DNA of 56,419 bases from an uncultured Candidatus Sumerlaeota bacterium (GTDB lineage: Bacteria; Sumerlaeota; Sumerlaeia; SLMS01): NCBI GenBank assembly GCA_964420455.1, contig CAYQTO010000007.1:1-56419 (forward strand), in the 5' to 3' direction. Below the pieces are notes generated by a model. It was not told the DNA's origin. It saw only the letters and a program-made list of their open reading frames with translations, and ran no database searches. Positions within the stretch are counted from its first letter, which is position 1. The number at the start of each line of letters is the position of its first letter. This document shows positions 1-9,600 of this stretch, piece by piece. A program made the translations under genes and the position numbers.

Positions 1-23
1 GACCCTCCGCACGGGAACGCGAC

Positions 24-347
24 ATGGCCATGGCGGCCCACCTGTCCGCCACCGGGGGTCTCCTTCTCGCCGGATTCGCGTGGGTCGGTCCCCTGATTCT
101 GCTCCTGTGGAAGGGATCGGAATCCGACTTTATCCGCGCCCACAGCATGAGCGCCCTCATCTCGAGCATCATCTACGTCATTTGCACGCTGCTGTTGGTG
201 TTACTGGGCATGTGCACGCTGCCGCTGTTCGGCCTTGGGGTGATCTTCCTTCTGATGGCCGTGGCGCTCTTCCTCGCCGAGCTCGTCTTCAGCATCATGA
301 GCGCGATCAAGGCGCATCAGGGAGAACCGCCGCTCCTTTTTGGGTGA
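24..347 (+). CDS. small polytopic membrane protein, DUF4870-like
   Basis: 107-aa ORF with three hydrophobic helices. The C-terminal AIKAHQGEPP segment resembles DUF4870-type proteins. The frame stays open to the window edge, so the true start may lie upstream. Confidence 0.5.
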   Translation: MAMAAHLSATGGLLLAGFAWVGPLILLLWKGSESDFIRAHSMSALISSIIYVICTLLLVLLGMCTLPLFGLGVIFLLMAVALFLAELVFSIMSAIKAHQGEPPLLFG

Positions 348-440
348 GCGCGAGCGGCGTGGCGCTGGTCGGGCAACTGACATGTTGGGCTGGACAGAAA
401 CCGATCGAGTGCCCGATTCAGAGAGAGAGGAGGCCCGTCC

Positions 441-836
441 ATGGCCATTCGTGCGATCTACGAGAATGGAGTGTTCCGGCCGCTGGATGACGTCCCTCTT
501 GCGGAGAAGACGGAAGTCCTCGTGGAGGCGGTGGAGGGCCGCCCCCGATCGCGCGAGGCTTTGCTGGCAGTGATTCGGGCGGAGTTGCCGCGGCTGCGCG
601 AGCGCCACCATGTTTCACGGCTGATTCTCTTCGGCTCGGGAGCGCGCGACGAACTCACTGCCGAAAGCGATGTCGATTTCGCTGTTGAGTTGGATGAAGA
701 CGGTACATTCGAGGATCTCGTCGATGTCGCCGGGGAGTTGACGCTTCTCCTCGGTCGGTCGGCGGATGTGGTTTCGCTCCGAAATCTGAAGCCGGGCATC
801 CGCGCAGCTGTAGATCAGGAGGGCCTCACCCTATGA
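441..836 (+). CDS. mntA: minimal nucleotidyltransferase antitoxin (MntA-like) with an N-terminal DUF104-like segment
   Basis: LFGSGARDE...SDVDFAV matches the GSX(n)DXD minimal NTase motif. N-terminal AIYENGVFRPLD resembles DUF104 antitoxin-type domains. The stop overlaps the next start (ATGA at 833-836). Confidence 0.75.
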   Translation: MAIRAIYENGVFRPLDDVPLAEKTEVLVEAVEGRPRSREALLAVIRAELPRLRERHHVSRLILFGSGARDELTAESDVDFAVELDEDGTFEDLVDVAGELTLLLGRSADVVSLRNLKPGIRAAVDQEGLTL

Positions 837-1210
837 GGGCACGACGCTGGTCGGACTGCGTCCAGCCTCTCGAGGACATGAAGGCAACCATTTCCAAGAC
901 CATGGAACTTCTTGAGGGGGCCGCCGAAGACTGGTGGGAGTCCGAGGAGATGCGGCGATTGGCCATTCTCCATCTCGTCCAGGTGGTGGGTGAAGCAGCT
1001 CGCCGCGTCCCCTCGCCCGCTCGTGAATTGGCCCCGGGCATTCCCTGGAACCGCATCGTGGGAATCAGAAGCTTCATCGTTCATGAGTACGACCAGCTTG
1101 ATCCAATGATTCTCAAGGATGTTGTTACAAACCGGTTTCCGGCCCTCCTCGGGCAGATCGATGCCTTGCTTGCGGTCGTGAGGGAGCGCGGTGAGGGGCC
1201 TCTCTCCTAG
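833..1210 (+). CDS. hepT: HEPN-domain toxin, DUF86/HepT family
   Basis: 125 aa. RSFIVHEY is the Rx4H HEPN catalytic motif. Translationally coupled to the upstream NTase gene, the classic MNT-HEPN pair arrangement. Confidence 0.8.
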   Translation: MRARRWSDCVQPLEDMKATISKTMELLEGAAEDWWESEEMRRLAILHLVQVVGEAARRVPSPARELAPGIPWNRIVGIRSFIVHEYDQLDPMILKDVVTNRFPALLGQIDALLAVVRERGEGPLS

Positions 1211-1463
1211 TCCTGCCATGGCCTCCCCTCTCGGCGGGGAATGCGGCTGGACATGGGCGCCGGGGGAGGAGGAGTTAGTCGCCGGTCACAGACCGTTCAA
1301 GCCGGTGGCACTTGCCATGGATCCAATGATCGGGATCATGCTGCGCACGCTTGTGATGCTGGTGGCCGGGGGCGTGGCGCCGAGGGACGTGGTCTGGCGA
1401 GGGTAGGATGCCCAGCGGCGGAGCCCTGCTCCCCGACGGGCGTCCCGAGAAAGGGAAACGCCG

Positions 1464-1838
1464 ATGCTTTGGCTCGCCGACGTCGTCGCCCTGCTTGTTG
1501 GTCTGACGTGTCTGTTTGCCGCGGGGAGCCTCTGGCGGGATCTGAGGCGGCGCTCCGCGAGGGCCGCGGGCGAGGTGGTGGGGCGGGAGTATGTCGACGG
1601 GGACCGTCACGACAGGGTGCGGTTTCGAACGGCGACCGGCGAGGAGCAGGACTTTGTGGAGGAGATTCGGGGGATATGGAAGCGCGAGGTCGGCTCGCGG
1701 GTCCGCGTGCGGTATTGCCCGACGCGACCGGAGGACGCCTCGGTAATCGATCCCGTAAACGCGCTCCGTGTTCCGGGCCTGCTGGTCGCGGGGATTGTCT
1801 TCGCGGCGGCGGGAATTCTCCGGCTGGCGATGGGGTAG
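1464..1838 (+). CDS. DUF3592-like two-TM membrane protein
   Basis: 124 aa. An N-terminal and a C-terminal hydrophobic helix flank a soluble beta-rich core (VVGREYVDGDRHDRVRFRTATGEEQDF...VRVRYCP), the typical DUF3592 layout. High-GC native codon usage. Confidence 0.5.
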   Translation: MLWLADVVALLVGLTCLFAAGSLWRDLRRRSARAAGEVVGREYVDGDRHDRVRFRTATGEEQDFVEEIRGIWKREVGSRVRVRYCPTRPEDASVIDPVNALRVPGLLVAGIVFAAAGILRLAMG

Positions 1839-1847
1839 GGGGGGATA

Positions 1848-2672
1848 ATGGGTTTGGTGAGATTCCTTCGTTTTCTGGTCGCGCTGTTTTTCGATCCCAA
1901 AAGTGCCAAAGGGATTCTTGGCGAGTTTCGGACGACTGCTGCTCTTCGACGGTCACTCGATAATAGTGTGTATAGGCAAATCGATAATGTGACACTCCTG
2001 ATGGACGATGGGACGACGCAAATTGACCATGTGATTGTCTCCCCTTACGGGGTTTTCGTGATCGAGACCAAGAATATGACTGGCTGGATTTTCGGATCAG
2101 AGCGACAGGCAACTTGGACCCAGGTGTTGGGTCGCCAAAAAAACACCTTTCAGAACCCACTGAGGCAGAATTACAGGCATGTCTGGGCACTCTCTGAAGT
2201 CCTTGGAATACCGAAAGAGGCACTGATCTCGATTGTCATCTTTGCGGGCTCAGCAGAGTTCAAGACGGAGATGCCTTCAAATATCGTTAAAATCCGTGGT
2301 GCCGTGCGATTGATCAAGTCATACACGACTCCGATCTTCACGGAATCGGAGATCGTTGGATTTTTGGCAACCTTGGAACAATCCCGAATGAAGGAAGGGT
2401 GCCAAACGGACCGGGAGCATTTGGCTAGCCTGCGGAAAAGGCACGGGTCGGACCGTGAAGTGGAAAAGGTGGGGATGGCAAGAGCTCAGAGCGGAGGAGC
2501 AGAGATCGAAAAAGCGAATGAGGAGCTCGCGAACCCCGATCTGGTGATTTGCCCGATCTGTGGTGCGCCGATGGTAATGAGAAATGCAAGAAGGGGGGAC
2601 CGGGCGGGGAAGAACTTCTGGGGTTGCAGTAGGTTTCCGAAGTGCCGGGGAACCCGTAGCGAGGACAAGTAG
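1848..2672 (+). CDS. NERD-domain nuclease-like protein with C-terminal topoisomerase-type C4 zinc finger
   Basis: IDHVIVSPYGVFVIETKNMTGWIFG matches the NERD D...ExK core. C-terminal CPICGAPMV...FWGCSRFPKCRGT is a topo-IA-type zinc ribbon. GC drops sharply at the start codon, which lies 9 nt after the upstream stop. Confidence 0.8.
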   Translation: MGLVRFLRFLVALFFDPKSAKGILGEFRTTAALRRSLDNSVYRQIDNVTLLMDDGTTQIDHVIVSPYGVFVIETKNMTGWIFGSERQATWTQVLGRQKNTFQNPLRQNYRHVWALSEVLGIPKEALISIVIFAGSAEFKTEMPSNIVKIRGAVRLIKSYTTPIFTESEIVGFLATLEQSRMKEGCQTDREHLASLRKRHGSDREVEKVGMARAQSGGAEIEKANEELANPDLVICPICGAPMVMRNARRGDRAGKNFWGCSRFPKCRGTRSEDK

Positions 2673-2772
2673 TTCCCGATACCCGTTGCTATTTCTTTAT
2701 TCGGCAAGAAGCAAATCGTTGTTCGTCAAAATGGTTGGGCATCCCAGGGGGTGCTGATTTGTCGGGGCGGCC

Positions 2773-2811
2773 TTAAATCCTTACTACACAATGGATGCGT
2801 TGAGGATTTAA
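2773..2811. terminator. inverted repeat between the convergent islet genes (possible bidirectional terminator)
   Basis: TTAAATCCT (2773-2781) pairs with AGGATTTAA (2803-2811). It is a perfect 9-bp stem with a 21-nt loop, in the 203-nt gap between two convergent stops. No clear U-tract. Confidence 0.3.
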
Positions 2812-2875
2812 AGAATATCGCTTCCTTAAAGGTGGCTGCTAGTCGTTCATAGCCATTCCCCCAATCATCGCTCTC

Positions 2876-3826
2876 CTAATAAATCCCGATAGCCAGCCTT
2901 TTGCGGCCAGAAGCCTTTATTGAATTAATGATGTGCTCATCGTGCTCCTTGCTCAAGCTGTGCCCCAGGATTACCAAAGGGTCCTCGGACTCGCGGAACA
3001 ATCTATTGACGTATGTGAGATATTTGGAGTTTCCGATCGACGCCTGTTTCGATGCCGGAGTGCCTTCTGAAACAATTAGTGGGTATTTGCGCCGGTGGTA
3101 GGGTGTGCTGGTTTCAATTTCGCCTTTTGTGTAGTGATTTTTGATAGTATCTAGTATTGTTTGTGCCTCGTTGCCCGTTATTTTGCGTTCAATGGGCTCG
3201 CCGCTGACTTTGTCGTGGTCTTTGCACAAGAATATGGCGCCATGCAGATAGCAGACGAAGTCTCTCACTGAAGGGAATACTTCGTCTTCGCAAAAGGGTT
3301 TTCCAAAAAAAAAGTCAACATGCGGTCGCTTAAGCATCATCAACGCCCAGTACACAAGTGCGTCGTAGTTGGTGGTGTAAATATGGTGATACTCGCTGAG
3401 TGCATCAGAAAAGGTCTTTATGTTTTCAGAGATGTCGGCGTGTCTTGGGTGTATGGCGATGATTGAGTCGATTAGCCCCTCCCTGATGCGGTCCCTTGCC
3501 TGCACGATTTGCTCCCCTATGTATTCTTTTGCGGCCCTGATTTGCTTATTGAGGGCCTTCTGGTTAAACGTATCAAGAACGGAAGCCGCTGTTTCGAGGC
3601 TTGAAAGGACTCTTTCGAAGTTCCCGGTTCCTCCGAATTTCTCGAACAATGAGTTTGTGGGCAGCTTTTGTTCGTTTGGGTTCCCATTTGGGTTCCATTT
3701 ATGGTATAGGCTTCTATACGTAAAATCGGAGCAAAGGTTGATGCTTACACCATTGCCGATAAGAATACTGGTCCAATCTCCCATCTTGTGAACCTCATTC
3801 CAATCAAGTAGGGGAGGATACGTCAT
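2876..3826 (-). CDS. SIR2-superfamily protein, DUF4917-like (candidate NAD-consuming effector)
   Basis: 316 aa. N-terminal ILIGNGVSIN glycine loop, IYTTNYDALVYW (the TNYD motif of SIR2_2/DUF4917 proteins), CYLHGAI (the LHG His motif), and later PLIVSEGT and VILGHSLSKEHDEHI. Low GC. Starts 6 nt after the moeA stop on the same strand. Confidence 0.6.
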   Translation of the reverse strand: MTYPPLLDWNEVHKMGDWTSILIGNGVSINLCSDFTYRSLYHKWNPNGNPNEQKLPTNSLFEKFGGTGNFERVLSSLETAASVLDTFNQKALNKQIRAAKEYIGEQIVQARDRIREGLIDSIIAIHPRHADISENIKTFSDALSEYHHIYTTNYDALVYWALMMLKRPHVDFFFGKPFCEDEVFPSVRDFVCYLHGAIFLCKDHDKVSGEPIERKITGNEAQTILDTIKNHYTKGEIETSTPYHRRKYPLIVSEGTPASKQASIGNSKYLTYVNRLFRESEDPLVILGHSLSKEHDEHIINSIKASGRKRLAIGIY

Positions 3827-3832
3827 GTTGTT

Positions 3833-5062
3833 CTACCCCACAACCCCGAGGCCTCTGAGGATCGGGTGAACGAGGATTTCGGTGCCGGCCTCGAGGGGGT
3901 CGGGGCCGGGGGGGGCGAGGGCCAGGGCGTTGCTCCTCGCCGGGTTGAGCAGGTTCGCGCTGTTCTGGTTGTCGTAGGGGTGGGCGAAGAGCGCGCCGTC
4001 CTCGACCACGAGGCGTGTATAGACAAAGAAAAGGCGGTCCGGGTCGCGGGGGCAGTCGACGGCGAGGTGGGCGCGGAGGGTGGGGGCGTGGGCGGGCTCG
4101 ATGCCGTAGCACCGCCGGAGGAAGGGTTTGAGGAAGATCTCGGCGTTGCAGATGGTGGAGACCGGGTTGCCGGGGAAGCCGAAGTGGGGGGTGCCGTTGA
4201 TGGTGGCAAGGAGCATGGGCTTGCCGGGGCGGACGCGGACTCTCCAGAAGTGGATGGTGGCGCCGAGTTGTTCGAGGGCGCGGCCGACGACGTCGTGTTC
4301 GCCGACGGAGACGCCGGCGGTGGTGACGGCGATGTCGCACCAGTCGAGCATTTCGGCGAAGCGTTTGCGGAAGTCGGCGGGGTCGTCGTGGGCGATGCCG
4401 AAGAGGTGGGGCTCGCAGGCGCAGTCGCGGAGGGTCTGCTCGAGGTAGTAGAGGCTGGAGCCGATGATCTGGCTGCCGATGGGGGATTGGCCGTGGGCGA
4501 GGATTTCGTCGCCGCTGGTGAGGATGCCGACGCGCAGGGGGCGGTAGACGTTGAGGGTGGGGAGGTTGAAGCTGGCGAGGAAGGAGAGGACCTCGGGGGT
4601 GATGGGGGTGCCGGGGGGGAAGAGGGGGGCGTCGTGCTGGACGTCGGAGCCATGGCGGCGGACGTTTTGGCGTTGGGCGGGGGGGGAGGTGAAGACGACC
4701 CAGTCGTCCTCGCGGCGGACGGCCTCGAAGGGGACGACGGCGTCGGCGCCGGCGGGGAGGCGGGCGCCGGTGCTGATGCGGACGGTTTCGCCCGGTTCGA
4801 GGGGGTGCTCGTAGGCGTGGCCGGCGGCGCTTTCGCCGGCGATGGCGAGGAAGTCCGGGGTGGTGCTGCTGGCGGAGGCCAGATCGCCGGCGCGGACCGC
4901 GTAGCCGTCCATGGCGGAGTTGTCAAATCGGGGCATCGCCCAGGGGGCGCGGGCGGATTCGGCGAGGATGCGTCCGGCGGCCTTCAGGAGCGGGACGCGC
5001 TCGCTGGTGGGGGGCTTGGCCAGGGCCAGGATGCGCTCGAGCGCAACTCCGTAATCGATCAT
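3833..5062 (-). CDS. moeA: molybdopterin molybdenumtransferase MoeA
   Basis: 409 aa. FDNSAMDGYAV motif and typical MoeA domain order and length. Confidence 0.9.
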   Translation of the reverse strand: MIDYGVALERILALAKPPTSERVPLLKAAGRILAESARAPWAMPRFDNSAMDGYAVRAGDLASASSTTPDFLAIAGESAAGHAYEHPLEPGETVRISTGARLPAGADAVVPFEAVRREDDWVVFTSPPAQRQNVRRHGSDVQHDAPLFPPGTPITPEVLSFLASFNLPTLNVYRPLRVGILTSGDEILAHGQSPIGSQIIGSSLYYLEQTLRDCACEPHLFGIAHDDPADFRKRFAEMLDWCDIAVTTAGVSVGEHDVVGRALEQLGATIHFWRVRVRPGKPMLLATINGTPHFGFPGNPVSTICNAEIFLKPFLRRCYGIEPAHAPTLRAHLAVDCPRDPDRLFFVYTRLVVEDGALFAHPYDNQNSANLLNPARSNALALAPPGPDPLEAGTEILVHPILRGLGVVG

Positions 5063-5086
5063 GGGCTGTCGGGATTCCTCCTTGCC

Positions 5087-6469
5087 ATGGGGACGTGGCC
5101 GGACACACTCGCCGCAACCCGACGCTTGGAGTCAACCGCGCCCGTGTTTGATGACGTCCCCACTTATCCCTTGGACCGCCCGGCGGTCCGCCCCCTCGAG
5201 GTGATCCCCATCCGCGCCCAGGAGCAGAACATGCTCATGGTTCGCGATCCGCTGGGGTTGATCGAGGGGGTGGCGCTGCTCCCGCCGGACCCGATGCTGC
5301 TGATGTTCCTCCAGATGGCCGACGGCAAGACCACAACCGGCGAGATGGCCCACCGCGTGACCCAGCTCTCGGGGCAGATCATCCCGGCGGGCATGTTCGA
5401 CAGCATGGTGCAGCAGCTGGACGAGGCGTTGCTGCTCCAGAGCGAGCGCTTCGTGGAGGCGCTGCGCAAGAAGTACGAGGATTTCATGGCGAGCCCAACG
5501 CGTCCGTACCGGGTGTTCCGGATGGATGGCCAGGACCGGCTGGCGATGATGAAGGAGCTGGGGGACGAATTCCGGCGCCACCGGATGAGCAGCCTGTCGC
5601 CGCCGGAGCGGCTCGACCTGCCGGCGAGGAGCGTGCAGGCGATCCTCTCGCCGCATATCGATTACCAGCGCGGGGGCGAGGTGTACGCCTGGGCCTACAA
5701 GGCGCTGAAGGAGCACGGGACGGGGGCGCGGACCCTCGTGGTGCTGGGAACGTCGCACCGGCCGACGAGCCACCGCTTTGTGGCCACGGCGAAGGACTAC
5801 GACACGCCGCTCGGCACCGTCGGGACGGACAAGGAACTGCTCGAGGAATTGCGCGAGGCGTTCGATGGCGAGCTGTGGCAGGATGAGTACATCCATGCGG
5901 ACGAGCACGCGATCGAGCTGCAGGCGATGTACCTCAAGCACATGTTTGGGGACGAGTGTCCGCGGATTGTGCCGATCCTGGTGGGCAGCTTCGACGACTA
6001 CCTGGAGGACGGCACCGGCCCGAAGGACGACGAGGAGATCCAGGCCTTCATCAAGGCGTTGCGGTCGGTGCTGGACAAGCACGGCAACGCGGTGGGGGTG
6101 ATCGGCGGGGTGGACTTTTCGCACTGCGGGCCGGAGTTCGGCCACGAGGAGCTGAACGAGGACGAGCGGGTGAAGGAGATCGAGGATTCGGACCGGGCGG
6201 TTCTCGACGCGATCGAGGCGGGCGACCCGGATGCCTTCTTCGACGTGTTCCGCAAGGACGGCAACGGGACCAACGTTTGCAGCATTGCGCCGATCTACTG
6301 CGTGATGGCGGCGATGCGCGACCGGGCGAAGGCGCGGGTGCTGAAGTACAACAAGGACAATTCGCCGGACAAGACGTGCCTGGTGAGCTTTGCGAGCGTG
6401 GCCTACTTGGACAAGGACGTCGCGGACACGGGCGGGGGCGCGCCAAAGATCATCCTGGTCAGCCGCTGA
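5087..6469 (+). CDS. MEMO1 / AmmeMemoRadiSam system protein B family, with a ~135-aa N-terminal extension
   Basis: SPHIDYQRGG, VVLGTSH, HAIELQAMYL and GGVDFSHCG are the Memo-family metal-site motifs. The 3866-5086 part of the tracked ORF is antisense to moeA and is rejected. The first in-frame ATG after moeA is 5087, so the start is uncertain. Confidence 0.8.
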   Translation: MGTWPDTLAATRRLESTAPVFDDVPTYPLDRPAVRPLEVIPIRAQEQNMLMVRDPLGLIEGVALLPPDPMLLMFLQMADGKTTTGEMAHRVTQLSGQIIPAGMFDSMVQQLDEALLLQSERFVEALRKKYEDFMASPTRPYRVFRMDGQDRLAMMKELGDEFRRHRMSSLSPPERLDLPARSVQAILSPHIDYQRGGEVYAWAYKALKEHGTGARTLVVLGTSHRPTSHRFVATAKDYDTPLGTVGTDKELLEELREAFDGELWQDEYIHADEHAIELQAMYLKHMFGDECPRIVPILVGSFDDYLEDGTGPKDDEEIQAFIKALRSVLDKHGNAVGVIGGVDFSHCGPEFGHEELNEDERVKEIEDSDRAVLDAIEAGDPDAFFDVFRKDGNGTNVCSIAPIYCVMAAMRDRAKARVLKYNKDNSPDKTCLVSFASVAYLDKDVADTGGGAPKIILVSR

Positions 6470-6609
6470 GGCGAGCGAGGCCGGGGACACAGCAACGGGC
6501 GGAAAGACATCCGGGCCGCGAGAGCGGCCCGGCACGGTGCGTTCGCCCGCCACACCACCCACGGGGTCCGTCATTGCCCACCGTTTCACCACCACAGGTC
6601 TTCCACCGC

Positions 6610-9600
6610 GTGCTCGCGGAACGCTCGGAGCCGCTCGCCAAGGTGCTGGGCGAACTGCGGGAGGGGAAACGCACGGTGCTGCTGGAGCAGCTGCCGGGCT
6701 CGTCGCTTCCGTTTGTCCTGTCGGAAATCGTCCGGGCCGAGCGGCGTCCGCTGGTGGTCCTTACCGCCGGGGGCGAGCGGGCCGAGGACCTGACCGGCGA
6801 CTTCGAGTTTTTCGGCCTTCAGCCGGCGCTCCACTTCCCCAAGTGGGAGGTGCTGCCTTACGACAGCGAGCCGCTCTCGATCGAGGTGACGGCGAAGACC
6901 CTGGACGCCTTCGAGGCGATCCTTCGGCGAAAGGCGGACGCGGACGCGCCCCCGTTCGTGCTGTGTGCGCCGGTCGACGCCATGATGCTGCGGGTGCTGC
7001 CGACGGAGCGGCTCGAGGAGTTGACCGTCCGGATCGAGTGGGGGGCGACGGTGGATCCGGCGGAGTTGGGCGAGCGGCTGTCGAGTGCGGGATATTCACG
7101 GGAGCCCCTGGTGGAGGCCCGCGGCGAGTTCTCGATCCGCGGCGGAATCATCGACATCTATCCGCTCAACGCGGAGAACCCGATCCGCATCGATCTGTTC
7201 GGCGACGAGATCGAATCGATCCGGACGTTTGACGTATCGACGCAGCGGAGCCTGGAAGATCTGGGGACCGAGGCGTCGCTGGTGGTGCCGCCGGCGCGGC
7301 TCAAGAGCCACATCGAGGAGGCCGTCCGCGAAGGGGCGCCGCTCGACACGTTTTTCCAGCACCTGCCGGAGGACACGATTGTGGTGCTGGAATCGCCGGA
7401 GCGGTTCCCCGAGGTGTGCGAGTATTTCGAGTCGGCGGTGGCGCGCCAGCACGAGATCGCGGAGAAGGCGAGCGGCGGGAGCCTTCCCTCGCCCGAGAAG
7501 ATCATCATCCCGGCGGCGGAACTGGTGGCACACCTCGAGCCGTTCCGCCGGCTGGAACATTCGCTGAATCCAACGGAAGGCGATCGCAAGTCGGTCCGCG
7601 TGCGGTTTCCCGCCCAGCACTATGGGCCGGAGGCGAGCGACCTGCCGTCATGGATGGCGCAGATCCGCAAGCTCCAGTCGCAGGACTACCTCGTGGTGGT
7701 GGTTTGCGACAACGACGGCCAGGTCCAGCGTTTCGACGAGTTGCTCCGCGAGGAGGAGATCAGCGCCGTCTCCGTGTTCGAGCAGGGGTGGACGGAGGGC
7801 TTCGAACTGAAGGGGGTGCTCGAGGGATATCAGGATGTATTGCTGATGGTTGGGGGCGTGCAGACGGGTTTCGCGCTGCCGGATATACGCCTGTGCGTGA
7901 TCACGGACCGCGAGATCTTCGGCCGCTACAAGCGGCGCTATGTCTACAAGAAGATCTACAAGGGCAAGCCGGTGCAGTCCTCGTCGGAGATCCGGCGGGG
8001 GGACTTCGTCGTGCACGTGGACCACGGGATCGGCCGTTTCCTGGGGATGCGGGTGCAGGAGATCGACGGGCGGAAGGTGGACCTGATCGAGATCGAGTAC
8101 GCGGACGAGAACAAGCTGCTGGTGCCGGTGGACAAGATCCACAAGGTGCAGAAGTACTCGGGGCCGGAATCGGCGGAGCCGTCGCTGGACAAGCTGGGCA
8201 GTACGAAATGGGCAAAGCGGCGCAAGAAGCACAGCGAGGAGATCGAAAAGATCGCGGACGAGCTGCTCGAGCTGTACGCGGCGCGGGACCTCGCCCGGCG
8301 GCCGGAGCACACGCCGGACACGCACCTCCAGCGGGAGTTCGAGGCGAGCTTCCTGTATCAGGAGACGCCGGACCAGCTCCAGGCGATCCGGGACACGAAG
8401 AAGGACATGGAGCAGCCGCGGCCGGCGGACCGGTTGGTCTGTGGCGACGTCGGCTACGGAAAGACCGAGGTGGCCATCCGGGCGATCTTCAAGTGCGTCC
8501 AGAGCGGCCGCCAGGCCGCCGTCCTTTGCCCGACGACGATACTCGCCCAGCAGCATTACAACACGTTCCGCGAACGATTCGCGGACTACCCCGTGCGTCT
8601 CGACATGATCTCGCGATTCCGCAAGCCCCAGGAATCGCGCGAGGTGAAGCGCAAGGCAAAGGCCGGGGAACTGGACGTGGTGGTGGGGACCCACGCGCTG
8701 CTGGCGAAGGACATGGCGTTCAAGGACCTGGGGTTGGTGGTGGTGGACGAGGAGCAGCGCTTTGGCGTGAAGGCGAAGGAGCGGCTGAAGGAAATGCGGA
8801 CCGAGGTGGACATGGTAACGCTGAGTGCGACGCCGATCCCGCGCACGCTGCACATGGCGCTGAGCGGTCTCCGCGACCTGTCGATCATCACGACCCCACC
8901 GCCGGACCGCCAACCCATCAAGACCCGCATTATCCAGTTCGACGAGGAGCAGATCGCCGAGGCGATCCTGCGCGAGCTGAACCGAGGCGGCCAGGTGTAC
9001 TTCGTCCACAACCGCATCAACACCATGGACGAGGTGGTGCGCCGCCTGCGCGAGATCGTGCCCCATGCGCGCATCGTCCCTGCCCACGGCCAGATGAAGG
9101 AGTCGGAGCTCGAGGAGACCATGCTGAAGTTCATCGACCGCGAGTTCGACATCCTGGTTTCCACGACGATCATCGAAAGCGGCGTGGACATCCCGAACTG
9201 CAACACGATCATCATCAACCGGGCGGACGCGTTCGGGCTGGCGCAGTTGTACCAGTTGCGGGGCCGCGTCGGCCGCGAGCGGCGCCGGGCGTATGCCTAC
9301 CTGATTGTCCCCCAGGGCCGGGCCATCACCGAGACGGCGGTGAAGCGGCTAGCCGCGATCGAGGAGTTCGCGGAGCTTGGCGCCGGATTCTCCATCGCCA
9401 TGCGCGACCTCGAGATTCGCGGCGCCGGTGACCTCCTCGGAAAGCAGCAGCACGGCACCATCACCGAGATCGGGTTCGAGCTCTTCTGCGAGCTGCTCGA
9501 GGAGAAAGTCTCGGAAAAACGCCAGGACGTCCGGCCGCGCTTTCACGATGTCGACATCCGATGGGACGCAAGTGCGTACCTCCCTCCCGCGTATATCCCC

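Larger units (their letters stand above)
1848..3830. other. low-GC genomic islet (two convergent foreign-looking genes)
   Basis: Hand counts of sample lines give about 43-50% GC here, against roughly 65-75% in both flanks. The boundaries coincide with the stop codons of native DUF3592 (1836-1838) and moeA (3833-3835). No integrase or direct repeats seen. Confidence 0.7.

Noticed and set aside
1832-3839. Inverted heptamer GGGGTAG (1832-1838) / CTACCCC (3833-3839) at the two edges of the low-GC islet, as possible terminal inverted repeats
   Set aside because: Both copies are simply the last Gly codon plus the TAG stop of the flanking native genes. Seven nt is too short to distinguish from coincidence, and no transposase is present.
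3866-5086. N-terminal 407 codons of the 867-aa tracked ORF 3866..6469 (Gly/Ala/Glu/Val-rich)
   Set aside because: It lies exactly antisense to moeA, has low-complexity composition and no motifs. This is a typical high-GC shadow frame. Only the part from 5087 onward, which carries Memo-family motifs, is accepted.
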